From the NCBI GenBank assembly GCA_947627875.1, contig CANQXS010000008.1:18680-82679 (forward strand): a stretch of DNA of 64,000 bases, in the 5' to 3' direction. Below, piece by piece: positions 1 to 9,351 of this stretch. The stretch is from an uncultured Clostridia bacterium. GTDB lineage: Bacteria; Bacillota; Clostridia; Oscillospirales; Ruminococcaceae. How positions within the stretch are numbered: position 1 is the stretch's first letter; each line of letters opens with the position of its first letter. A program made the position numbers and the translations under genes. Under the pieces are notes generated by a model. That model did no database searches, was not told the origin of the DNA, and saw only the letters and a program-made list of their open reading frames with translations.

Positions 1-215
1 TGTCTCACTTTTTTCTGATGCAGTTTCATAAACGAGTCATTATCTATCAGCCCTGCATCAAGCAACATGTGGGAGGTTCCGTCTTTACTGTTGTTGTCAT
101 AAATCAGAATAGCAGCAAGCGAAAATGTTTGGATCAGCAAATTATCTAATAGCTTCCTTAAATATTCTTTTCTGTTATATGTTACAACGACGGCGCATAC
201 CTTTGCTTTTTCCAT
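1..215 (-). CDS. Glycosyltransferase family 2, N-terminal 71 codons only; the gene continues past the window start
   Basis: Reverse-strand ATG at 215-213. The translation MEKAKVCAVVVTYNRKEYLRKLLDNLLIQTF...IYDNNSKDGT fits the GT2 (GT-A) N-terminal pattern. It is missing from the ORF track because it is open at the window edge. Confidence 0.55.
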   Translation of the reverse strand, partial: MEKAKVCAVVVTYNRKEYLRKLLDNLLIQTFSLAAILIYDNNSKDGTSHMLLDAGLIDNDSFMKLHQKKVR

Positions 216-952
216 TTTTATAACCATACCTTTCTGCTACGCAGAAGGAACAAAAGAAGATGAAAAATTCCAGTGCTCCAACGCAGCATTAATTTATTGC
301 ATTAAAACATAGCTTGAAGAAACAGGCATGCTACAGAGTATGTAGAGGGAGAGTAGGCCCAGCGTCTGCTGGACCGAATTATTATGTGTACCGACTGCTC
401 TTTCAAGCAAATGTGTGGAGCAATGTGCCCCGTAGATTTATCTTTGGAAAGATTAACTATTCTTTTTTCCGTGATAGATCAATCGAGCTGTCTCTTGAGC
501 TATTAAACAATCTGTTTGCGAAAGACAAATGATAGGACAGATTATGCTCAAGATCTTTTATCTCCATCTGCTGTGGCTTGAATGTTCACAGAAGTTTTAT
601 GTACGCTTGTATCGCGGTCACCGAAAACGGAGGTGTTGCCTACAAGAGCACAAGCCCTTTATCTACCTCCAGGGAATACAACGACAACTCGTTACGTTAA
701 AATCAAATATAGCAAACTTTTTCGTTTTCACTCATATATGCTCGTCGTTATAAATCTCACTTCCATCGCACGGCGTAAATTATCAAAATAGATTTTCATT
801 GTATATTCATATCCTAGCTATTCTTAAACTGCGCAATCAAGATAAGGTTCTGCAATCAACCCAAAGCTATAAAGCTACTTTTTGCTAGAAGGAATGTTTT
901 ATATAGTGTTGATTTCGCGTATGCACAATGTCTGACGATTCATAAGATGTGT

Positions 953-1888
953 CTAATTTGCGCGAATCATTTCACGGATTGGCCAAAGAAGTTTGACAGG
1001 GTAATACCCAAGCATAATAATCATAATACTGATTTTTGTATTTATGGAAGTGTGCTTATTACGCAATACATCTTTTGCATACTTCTTGATATAAGTCCTA
1101 ATTCTGCTAAAATTATCTTTTGAATTATCACATTTTAGCACATTATGACGTGAAATCATTTCTAAAGCATTACTTACGCATCTATATTTTGCAGCGTTTA
1201 CAGCATCAGGATAATTCTTTCTCATATATTCAATTTGATCCTCCGAAGCAATCAAATGGTCAAATTGTTCTTCGCTGATTGCACGTCTTTGTATGCTGCC
1301 AGGTCTTTTAATGACAATATATGTTTTCTTAGTACTAACAGCAATCCTAGTACACTCAGAAAACAATTTATAAATAGTCGCTAAATCCTCATAAATTCTG
1401 CCATCAGGAAAAGGATGTTTTTTCAGTATATGTTTTTTATATAATTTGGCACACGGCGAAATACTCACATGCTCGTTGTAACAGGAACGAATAATTGCTG
1501 TCTCTGCGTTCAAAACTTCTTCCTTATATGATCCGTCTTTGGGTGGGGTCTCATTTTCCGACAAATCAGAGCAAGAAATATCTGCATCAGTCATATCCAT
1601 AAGCCTAAACAGATGTTCCAAATAATCATTAGTAACAAGATCATCCGAATCTATAAACGAAATAAGGTCGCCGCTTGCTGCCGCGACGCCGTAATTTCTT
1701 GCAACTGACGGACCGCTGTTCTTTATGTGAAATGTTTTTATGTTTTTATGAATAGCTGCATAATCATCACATAATTTCTCGCTCCCATCATTTGAACCGT
1801 CATCAATAAGGATAATATCGTAGTTTTCATAAGTCTGATGAATAATTGACTGAACACATCTGTCAAGATAAGGTTTTGCGTTATACAC
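953..1888 (-). CDS. Glycosyltransferase family 2
   Basis: 311-aa ORF. YNAKPYLDRCVQSIIHQTYENYDIILIDDGSNDGS is the classic GT2 motif region. The conserved first strand PLISVIVP is encoded upstream of the first GTG, so the true start is unclear (see finding). Confidence 0.8.
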   Translation of the reverse strand: MYNAKPYLDRCVQSIIHQTYENYDIILIDDGSNDGSEKLCDDYAAIHKNIKTFHIKNSGPSVARNYGVAAASGDLISFIDSDDLVTNDYLEHLFRLMDMTDADISCSDLSENETPPKDGSYKEEVLNAETAIIRSCYNEHVSISPCAKLYKKHILKKHPFPDGRIYEDLATIYKLFSECTRIAVSTKKTYIVIKRPGSIQRRAISEEQFDHLIASEDQIEYMRKNYPDAVNAAKYRCVSNALEMISRHNVLKCDNSKDNFSRIRTYIKKYAKDVLRNKHTSINTKISIMIIMLGYYPVKLLWPIREMIRAN

Positions 1889-1924
1889 CGGAACAATAAC
1901 GCTTATTAGCGGTCTCGTAAGAAA

Positions 1925-3178
1925 TCACCTCTGTTTAATATTACTGTCTGTTTCGCTTTTTAAAACACATGCTGATAATAAATAGAAGAAAAACCAGTTA
2001 AACCATTGCTGATCTACTAAAAAAATCAGCAGCATAATAATGAAATATATATGATTTTCCTTTTCCACCCTGTCAAACAGCCTTTTTAGCAAAAATATAA
2101 ATCCCAAGAAACCTATTATGCCGTAATTCAAGATGATGTTGATAATGTTATTACTATAATTTACGACCCTGAAATGTGAAGCATATTGATTCGCACCCAT
2201 TCCAAATAACTTTTGCCATAAATTATAACCGCTAAACAAGTATATGTTGCCAAGTAAGCGCCATTTTGTTGAACCCATTCTTTCGGCTTGAAGATCAGAA
2301 GTAATATTAGAGAGTCTGCGTGTAACATATTGCAAAAGTGATTGAATGGCGGAATTTTGAGAAATAGTGAAAAATGCAAATAAAATTATTATTCCCAAAA
2401 GCATAATCCACTTATATTTTTTGGACACTCTATCATTGCTGAATAGCATATAATACAGCATGACTATCACTGCGCCCAAAATTCCAACTAACGAAGTAGT
2501 CAAAATTAACGATATTCCGAACAGCCCGACCATAAAATATTTGTTTTTCTTTAAGCAGTATGTCAACGCAACAAGTAAATATATTCCGCAATATGACGGC
2601 TCTTGAAATATTCCGCAGGGCCTAATATCAAAAGTATTTCTATCAATATAACCAGCCCAACCATCGTATTTGCTTAATTGAAAAATCGAAATCCTTCCGT
2701 CCCAAAAATTAATATTTAGATGACCACATATAAATTGCAAAATTATTACCATCGAGCAAACAATTCCGATTACAGTAACACAGTTCAAGAATTTTTCTCT
2801 GCAAGGAACCTTCCATAAATACATGATTAAAAATGAATAGACAGTCCAAATTATTATGTTCTTATAAGCTGCAAAAAAACTAATTCCGTTTTTACCTAAA
2901 GAACCCAATATTCCAAACAAGCTAATTACAGCCATAAAAAGGCACCAATAGATTAAAAAGCCTGAATGTCTATCTATTTTATAATTTTTTAAAAATCCAA
3001 TGATTCCCAACGTAACAGCAAAGACGTCATTTACTCTCAATGTAAATCCTGCGCTGATTTCCGCAACTATGTAGGGATCTAAGACGGGTGCAATCGCAAG
3101 AAACAAAGCAACAACACTTGAAAATGAGAGAGTCATATAACGGGAAAGCTTTTTTTCACCAATCATAACATCATCCAT
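1925..3178 (-). CDS. O-antigen polymerase/ligase-like (Wzy-type) polytopic membrane protein
   Basis: 417-aa ORF made almost entirely of hydrophobic segments, sitting inside a glycan operon. No soluble domain is visible. Confidence 0.65.
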   Translation of the reverse strand: MDDVMIGEKKLSRYMTLSFSSVVALFLAIAPVLDPYIVAEISAGFTLRVNDVFAVTLGIIGFLKNYKIDRHSGFLIYWCLFMAVISLFGILGSLGKNGISFFAAYKNIIIWTVYSFLIMYLWKVPCREKFLNCVTVIGIVCSMVIILQFICGHLNINFWDGRISIFQLSKYDGWAGYIDRNTFDIRPCGIFQEPSYCGIYLLVALTYCLKKNKYFMVGLFGISLILTTSLVGILGAVIVMLYYMLFSNDRVSKKYKWIMLLGIIILFAFFTISQNSAIQSLLQYVTRRLSNITSDLQAERMGSTKWRLLGNIYLFSGYNLWQKLFGMGANQYASHFRVVNYSNNIINIILNYGIIGFLGFIFLLKRLFDRVEKENHIYFIIMLLIFLVDQQWFNWFFFYLLSACVLKSETDSNIKQR

Positions 3179-3184
3179 ATTAGT

Positions 3185-4309
3185 TTATTCTGCTTGTGAA
3201 AGAATGAGCGACAACTGTTTTAACGTATCTACAGAATTATAATACTTTAATGAGTTATTGCTCATCGATTCATAATTTGACTCTATTGATTTGACAGCGG
3301 CGATAATGTTTTCTGTGTTTAATATATCTGCGCACTCCCCGCATCTTGCCATAGAGAAAGTATATCTCAATCCCGGAACATCATTTCCGAGCATCGGTAT
3401 CCCAAACATAGCATATTCAAATGTCTTATTCGGAGCGCAGTAAAGTGCATTCAGTATGGAGTATTGAGCTTTTGTCGGGAAATACGAAAGTACTCCAATG
3501 TATGCATGACTTGTTATCTGCAAATGATACGGTGCCTTTACATACGGAATAAAGAAACAATTTTTAGATCCGATGTCTGAATATATATTTTCTCCGCTTG
3601 ACATTATCACAAATGCATACTCGTCGCCTAATTTATCAACTGCTCTGATATATTGATCTAATGGACGTTCCCTATGAATAATGCCTTGATACAAAATAAT
3701 TTTTCTATTGCCAATTTTATTTATTATGTCTCTGGCAGTCGGATCGTCGATTTCAGAGTTTTTTTCAAGGGGCGTATTTATGTATGGCTTGTTTTCAAGG
3801 ATAAGCGGAAGCTTATCTAAATTCCACCAAGCTTTTGTTATATGTGCGCGGTTATATTCGGGTACAACGACCGCTAATGCTTTATTGCCCAAAAGAGTTG
3901 CGTTCATTTTAAACGGAAGATTTTTTTGATACCTGATATCTTCCGATAATTCCATAAACTGAAGAATATATCTTTTTTCCTTTATTTTTTCTCCGACATG
4001 TTTTAATGCGGTATCAGAAGTTACCCAGATAAAATCATCGTTGCAATAGTTGTTATCAATATATTGCCATATGATCTTCCTTAAACGAAACATATCCGCA
4101 AATTTCGCATAAAGGCTCCTATCCTGCTCATAATTACACGGAAGAACAAATATTGAAATTCGGTCAATATTTGTTCTTGCATACTCGCTCTCAGTGCATA
4201 TCAAATGTACATCAATTTTGAGATCTTTAAACATGCGTATTAAGTTAAGAACAGGCGGGCACTTCAGTACGTCGCCGATATGTATGATAAAAGCTTTCAT
4301 AGAAAACAC
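3185..4309 (-). CDS. Putative GT-B fold glycosyltransferase
   Basis: 374-aa ORF. The C-terminal FEYAMFGIPMLGNDVPG... resembles the GT1/GT4 nucleotide-sugar binding region. It is packed 6 nt from its neighbours. Confidence 0.5.
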   Translation of the reverse strand: MFSMKAFIIHIGDVLKCPPVLNLIRMFKDLKIDVHLICTESEYARTNIDRISIFVLPCNYEQDRSLYAKFADMFRLRKIIWQYIDNNYCNDDFIWVTSDTALKHVGEKIKEKRYILQFMELSEDIRYQKNLPFKMNATLLGNKALAVVVPEYNRAHITKAWWNLDKLPLILENKPYINTPLEKNSEIDDPTARDIINKIGNRKIILYQGIIHRERPLDQYIRAVDKLGDEYAFVIMSSGENIYSDIGSKNCFFIPYVKAPYHLQITSHAYIGVLSYFPTKAQYSILNALYCAPNKTFEYAMFGIPMLGNDVPGLRYTFSMARCGECADILNTENIIAAVKSIESNYESMSNNSLKYYNSVDTLKQLSLILSQAE

Positions 4310-4318
4310 CTTTTTGAT

Positions 4319-5404
4319 TTATTTTTGTTCGTTCAGTCTGATTATCAGTTCCGTTTCTTTGTCAACAGTATTTACGGAATAGTATTCAGTCCATTTACTT
4401 ATCCCAGAATCTAAATCTAAATTATTAACTGCTTCTTTCAAATTTGGGCAATCATTATTAATAAAAGATACTTTGGGACATTTTTCGAATACTTCTCTAC
4501 ACACTTCAATATCAGATGTAATAAGCGGTATTCCAAATGAAGCCATCTCGCATGCTATAAGCCCTTGCGTATCTTCGCGTGTCGGCAACAAAGCTATTCG
4601 CGACGAATTGATATATTGTGCCATTTCTTCGTGCGAAAGCTCTTTGTTTATCCAGTCAACATTTTGAGGCTTTTTATAATGAGAAAAGAACTCGCCTTTT
4701 CCAATAAGCAAAAATTTGTACTCCGGATTCTGCTCTGCCATTTTAATAATTATGTCAACACCGTACTTTGAGACGTCCATATTTACCCGAATTGAAATAA
4801 AATCGTATTTAATATTTTTCGGGCAATACATATTATTTTCAAAAAACTTCCCTATACTGTTGGATATTACAGCATAATGACCTGTTATCTCTTCAACTTT
4901 AATCTGCGTTTCCTTGATAAATTGCGAAAAAATCCACTGACTTACAAAAACGAGCCAAACTTTGTCGAGATTTTTCCTTATATATTTTTTCCATAAATGA
5001 ATTTTAAAAGAATCATATGCGTTTTGTGCCCAAAAAGGTATTTTTCTTCTCTTGGAAAAATAATACGGTTTGGGATAATATTTATTGATATGAAGAATCT
5101 CATGACCATGAAAGACAAACATTATTTTTGAAAATCTATCTTGATATTTCATAAGAAACCGATAATGGTTCCGTAAATTTGCCGCATGACAAATAAGCAA
5201 ATCAAAATTCTCACGGGATTTTTTATAATCTGAAAGGCCAATTACACGAATTCCGTCTATATTATAGGGATTTGAACAAGCAAAACTTAATGTTACAACT
5301 TCAATTCCTTTTTCATTATAATACAGATTACGGGAATGGATATAATATAACGGCCTCCTACCGTCAAGCGTAGGATATGCTGCGGCTAATACCAGTACTT
5401 TCAT
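4319..5404 (-). CDS. Glycosyltransferase family 4 (GT-B)
   Basis: 361-aa ORF. REDTQGLIACEMASFGIPLITSD matches the GT4 E-x7-E region. Its start overlaps the upstream wecB stop by 4 nt. Confidence 0.75.
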   Translation of the reverse strand: MKVLVLAAAYPTLDGRRPLYYIHSRNLYYNEKGIEVVTLSFACSNPYNIDGIRVIGLSDYKKSRENFDLLICHAANLRNHYRFLMKYQDRFSKIMFVFHGHEILHINKYYPKPYYFSKRRKIPFWAQNAYDSFKIHLWKKYIRKNLDKVWLVFVSQWIFSQFIKETQIKVEEITGHYAVISNSIGKFFENNMYCPKNIKYDFISIRVNMDVSKYGVDIIIKMAEQNPEYKFLLIGKGEFFSHYKKPQNVDWINKELSHEEMAQYINSSRIALLPTREDTQGLIACEMASFGIPLITSDIEVCREVFEKCPKVSFINNDCPNLKEAVNNLDLDSGISKWTEYYSVNTVDKETELIIRLNEQK

Positions 5405-6513
5405 ATTTGTTCTCCGAAATTGTATTTTCTTAGCACCCTCGCTATTCTCTCACACGCATGCCCGTCTCCATAAGGATTGCTCGCCTTAGCCATAGCGTCA
5501 TATGCCGTCTTATCCGTCAGCAGGCGTTGAAATTCTGTGTAAATCGTTTCCTCGCCTGTGCCGACGAGTTTGAGCGTTCCGGCTTTGATTCCCTCCGGTC
5601 GCTCGGTCGTATCGCGCATGACAAGGACGGGTTTTCCTAGGCTCGGAGCCTCTTCTTGAATGCCGCCAGAGTCGGTCAAAATCATGTAACTGCGTGCCAT
5701 GAAGTTGTGGAAATCCAGCACGTCGAGCGGTTCGATGATGTGTATTCTCTCATCGTCGCCGAGGATCGCGTCCGCAGTCTCGCGCACGACGGGGTTCATA
5801 TGTATCGGATAAATCGCCTTGACGTCGGGGTGCTCGTCCATTACGCGGCGGATCGCGCGGAACATATGCTTCATCGGTTCGCCGAGGTTCTCGCGGCGGT
5901 GGGCGGTGATGAGGATCAGCCTACTGCCCTTCGCCCAGTCGAGTTCGGGGTGATGATAGTCGTCGCGCACGGTAGTTTTAAGCGCGTCGATGGCGGTGTT
6001 GCCGGTGACGTAGATCGTGCTTTCGTCCTTGCCCTCGCGGATAAGGTTCTGCTTCGACAGTTCGGTCGGCGCGAAGTTATACTGACTTATGATGCTGACC
6101 GCCTGCCGGTTGAATTCTTCGGGGTACGGGCTGTAAATGTTGTATGTACGCAGTCCCGCCTCGACGTGACCGACCGAAATTTGGAGATAGAAGCACGCGA
6201 GCGCGGTTACGAATGTTGTCGTGGTGTCGCCGTGAACGAGAACGACGTCAGGTCTGACTTCTTCAAGAACTGACTTGATGCGATTCAAGATGTTCGTCGT
6301 GATGTCGAACAGCGTCTGCTTGTCTTTCATAATCGACAAGTCGAAGTCTGGCACGACGCCAAACGCTTCAAGTACTTGATCAAGCATCTGGCGGTGCTGA
6401 CCTGTCACACAGACGACAGTGTTTATTTCTTTGTGTCGCTTGAGTTCGTTGACCAGCGGGCACATTTTTATTGCTTCGGGGCGCGTGCCGAAAACGAGCA
6501 TGACTTTCTTCAC
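5401..6513 (-). CDS. wecB: UDP-N-acetylglucosamine 2-epimerase (non-hydrolysing)
   Basis: 370-aa ORF. MKKVMLVFGTRPEAIKMCPL...VHGDTTT...DSGGIQEEAPSLGKPVLVMRDTTERPE is diagnostic for WecB/MnaA. Confidence 0.92.
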   Translation of the reverse strand: MKKVMLVFGTRPEAIKMCPLVNELKRHKEINTVVCVTGQHRQMLDQVLEAFGVVPDFDLSIMKDKQTLFDITTNILNRIKSVLEEVRPDVVLVHGDTTTTFVTALACFYLQISVGHVEAGLRTYNIYSPYPEEFNRQAVSIISQYNFAPTELSKQNLIREGKDESTIYVTGNTAIDALKTTVRDDYHHPELDWAKGSRLILITAHRRENLGEPMKHMFRAIRRVMDEHPDVKAIYPIHMNPVVRETADAILGDDERIHIIEPLDVLDFHNFMARSYMILTDSGGIQEEAPSLGKPVLVMRDTTERPEGIKAGTLKLVGTGEETIYTEFQRLLTDKTAYDAMAKASNPYGDGHACERIARVLRKYNFGEQI

Positions 6514-6535
6514 TAATAATTTCCCTCTAATCTAT

Positions 6536-7723
6536 TTAATCCTTCAGGAATATATCCCTCGTATATACTTTTTCTTTCACATCACTCAGGCAATCTTCAA
6601 ATCTGTTTGCAAGAATAACATCGCAGCTTTTCTTGAATTTACCAAAGTCATTTACAACTTCATTCCCGTAAAACTCTGTTCCATTTTCAAGCATCGGTTC
6701 ATAGATGACTACCTTTACGCCTTTTTCGTTTAGGCGCTTGATGATCCCTTGAATACTGCTCTGCCTGAAATTGTCGCTTCCGGATTTCATCGTCAATCTA
6801 TAAACACCGACTGTTTTCGGATCTCTTGACAAAATCTGCTCGGAGATAAAATCCTTACGCGTTCTGTTTGCTTCGACGATTGCGGAAATGATATTCTGTG
6901 GAATGTGGCTGTAATTTGCTAAAAGCTGTTTAGTATCTTTTGGCAGACAATATCCACCATAACCAAAAGACGGATTATTATAGTGGCTTCCGATTCTCGG
7001 ATCGAGGCAGACGCCATCTATTATGGATTTGGTATCAAGACCGCGCACAGCTGCATATGTATCAAGCTCGTTGAAAAAGCTGACGCGCAAGGCAAGGTAT
7101 GAATTTGCAAACAACTTAACTGCCTCTGCTTCTGTCGGGTTCATATATAGCGTCTCAATATTTTCTTTTAAGGCGCCTTGCTGCAACAGCCCTGCAAAGG
7201 TTTCGGAATCTTTATGAAGTCTCTCGCTGTTTGCAGGAACTCCGACTATAATACGGCTCGGATAGAGATTGTCATATAAAGCTCGTCCTTCTCTTAGAAA
7301 TTCGGGGCTAAAAAGAATATTAATATCACCGTATTCTTTGCGAATCTGCTCGGTAAAGCCCACCGGCACGGTCGATTTAACTACCATTGTTGCATTCGGG
7401 TTTATAGCTATGACCTGACGAATCACGCTTTCAACCGACGATGTGTCAAAGTAGTTCTTTGTCTCATCGTAATTAGTCGGAGTGGCTATGATAACAAAAT
7501 CTGCGTTTTTATATGCGTTGTTGCCGTCGGTCGTAGCGGTAAGATCAAGGCTTTTATTTGCAAGATATTCTTCAATTTCTTTATCAGCAATCGGCGATTT
7601 CTTGTTGTTGATTAAATCCACTTTCTCAGGGACAACGTCCACAGCTGTCACTTTATTGTGCTGTGCCAACAGCACCGCCATTGACAGACCAACATATCCG
7701 AGCCCTGCTACTGCTATATTCAT
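6536..7723 (-). CDS. ugd: UDP-glucose 6-dehydrogenase
   Basis: 395-aa ORF. It has an N-terminal GLGYVGLS Rossmann motif, and [24 protein letters not shown] and [10 protein letters not shown] match Ugd closely. Confidence 0.9.
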   Translation of the reverse strand: MNIAVAGLGYVGLSMAVLLAQHNKVTAVDVVPEKVDLINNKKSPIADKEIEEYLANKSLDLTATTDGNNAYKNADFVIIATPTNYDETKNYFDTSSVESVIRQVIAINPNATMVVKSTVPVGFTEQIRKEYGDINILFSPEFLREGRALYDNLYPSRIIVGVPANSERLHKDSETFAGLLQQGALKENIETLYMNPTEAEAVKLFANSYLALRVSFFNELDTYAAVRGLDTKSIIDGVCLDPRIGSHYNNPSFGYGGYCLPKDTKQLLANYSHIPQNIISAIVEANRTRKDFISEQILSRDPKTVGVYRLTMKSGSDNFRQSSIQGIIKRLNEKGVKVVIYEPMLENGTEFYGNEVVNDFGKFKKSCDVILANRFEDCLSDVKEKVYTRDIFLKD

Positions 7724-7860
7724 AAAAATATCCTTTCTTTAAATATCTATTAGAAAGCAAAGAGATTGTAGAATCTAAAATAGGCTAATATGCTTGAATT
7801 ATTTTATAATTTAGCCTAATTGCGCTATGATACAAAATAGCACTTATTTCGAATATTCCT

Positions 7861-8637
7861 CTATAATCTTATAAGCTTTTTTACATATATTTTTTTCTTA
7901 ATAGTGCCAAACATTAAATTTCTAAATGTGTTGAATCCGGCTCTCAATACTGACTCATTTTGCGCATCTCGAAACAGTTTATAATGCCACCCTATCAATT
8001 CTTTTATATTGTGATTGCTGATGCTGCCTTTTCTTCCTCTTCTATATAAACTAAGATTCTCGTTTAATAGATAACAGTCGGCTTTCCTGCAAACCTTCAG
8101 CCACATCGCATAGTCATTATTCTTTTTAATATCTGCAATTTGTATCAGACCTACCACATTGGCGTCATACATAACCGTTAAGCATCCGGGCCAACAATAA
8201 TTATAGAATCCTGACTTTGTAATTTTCTTTGGGCCGGTAACTACAACACCATTCTTTTGCCCTGACTCATCAATTTCGGAATAATTAGTGTAGGAAAAAT
8301 GATAGTCATTACGTTTCATAAAATTTACTTGCTTTTCAAGCTTTTCTGGCAGCCACAAATCGTCTGAATCCAAAAAAGCTATCCACCTACCTTTTGCTTC
8401 CCTCAACGCCTTGTTTCTCGAAACAGCTGCACCGCTGTTTCTTTCATTTTTGAAATACGTTATTCTTTCATCACTGAGATATTTTTTAATGACTTCATCG
8501 GTATTGTCAGTAGAACAGTCATCGACAATAATTAGTTCCCAGTTGCTATAGGTTTGCGCAATTACCGACTCAATCGACTGAGCTATATATTCAGCGGTAT
8601 TGTAAGAAGGCATTATGACAGAAACTAAGTCTTTCAA
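7861..8637 (-). CDS. Glycosyltransferase family 2
   Basis: 258-aa ORF. VSVIMPSYNTAEYIAQSIESVIAQTYSNWELIIVDDCSTDNT and FLDSDD (DxD) are present. Confidence 0.88.
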   Translation of the reverse strand: MKDLVSVIMPSYNTAEYIAQSIESVIAQTYSNWELIIVDDCSTDNTDEVIKKYLSDERITYFKNERNSGAAVSRNKALREAKGRWIAFLDSDDLWLPEKLEKQVNFMKRNDYHFSYTNYSEIDESGQKNGVVVTGPKKITKSGFYNYCWPGCLTVMYDANVVGLIQIADIKKNNDYAMWLKVCRKADCYLLNENLSLYRRGRKGSISNHNIKELIGWHYKLFRDAQNESVLRAGFNTFRNLMFGTIKKKIYVKKLIRL

Positions 8638-8643
8638 TATTCC

Positions 8644-9351
8644 TTACACTCCCAACAGCTGTTTTGCTTCATTCTGCTTCTGCTCAAACTGGTTTTGAGC
8701 AACATTTCCCACTCTGAGCAAATATTCCCCAAGATCCTCAGCGGTTGCCATTCCTTCTTCGGTTATCCCGTCGCGCTTAAAGACCTTGCCTACGGTTTTC
8801 AAAACTATCTTAAAATCACCGATAAACGTGATTCTATTTATGTACTCCAAATCATATTCAAATTTTTCTTCCCAGCTTATATTGTTGCGCCCGCTGACCT
8901 GCGCAAGTCCGGTCAGTCCTTGTCTAACGGTGTGCCTTTTCCTCTGCTCAGGCGTCATAAAGACCATATCCCTGACCAACTGAGGTCTCGGTCCCACAAT
9001 CGCCATATCTCCCTTGACGATGTTCACCAGCTCAGGCAGCTCGTCGAGGCTCGTCGAGCGCAGGAATCTGCCGTAGCGGTTCAGTCTGTCCTTGTCGGGC
9101 AGCAGGTTGCCGTCCTTGTCCTTGGCGTTGGACATCGTCCTGAACTTAATCAGGCTGAAAATCTTCTCCTGGCCTGTCTTTTTACTGATTCGCCCCGGAC
9201 GCTTCTGCACGAAGAACGGATTACCTTTCATCGCTATCGCGCCGACGATCGTAAGTATCAGCAGCAGCGGCGAAAGGATTATCAATGCGGTCAGCGACAG
9301 CACAAAATCAAGCGGCCGCTTAACGTATTTAGCGTACATATGTAACCTCAT
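8644..9351 (-). CDS. Small (PglC/WcfS-type) undecaprenyl-phosphate sugar phosphotransferase
   Basis: 235-aa ORF. It has one N-terminal membrane segment plus the bacterial sugar-transferase core (KRPLDF...FVQKRPG...DELPEL.NI.KGDM..VGPRP). TAATG stop/start overlap with the upstream gene. Confidence 0.85.
   Translation of the reverse strand: MRLHMYAKYVKRPLDFVLSLTALIILSPLLLILTIVGAIAMKGNPFFVQKRPGRISKKTGQEKIFSLIKFRTMSNAKDKDGNLLPDKDRLNRYGRFLRSTSLDELPELVNIVKGDMAIVGPRPQLVRDMVFMTPEQRKRHTVRQGLTGLAQVSGRNNISWEEKFEYDLEYINRITFIGDFKIVLKTVGKVFKRDGITEEGMATAEDLGEYLLRVGNVAQNQFEQKQNEAKQLLGV

Noticed and set aside
314-791. Three short plus-strand ORFs (72, 74 and 69 aa) in the glycan locus.
   Set aside because: They run opposite to the operon, have no RBS and have odd composition. 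The region is better explained as a decayed gene or spacer.
8695-9345. 216-aa plus-strand ORF. Similar plus-strand ORFs occur across 5656-6273, 10416-10850, 14500-15153, 16289-17134, 43183-44458 and 33305-36730.
   Set aside because: Each is antisense to a gene with strong family motifs. None has start signals or recognisable domains.
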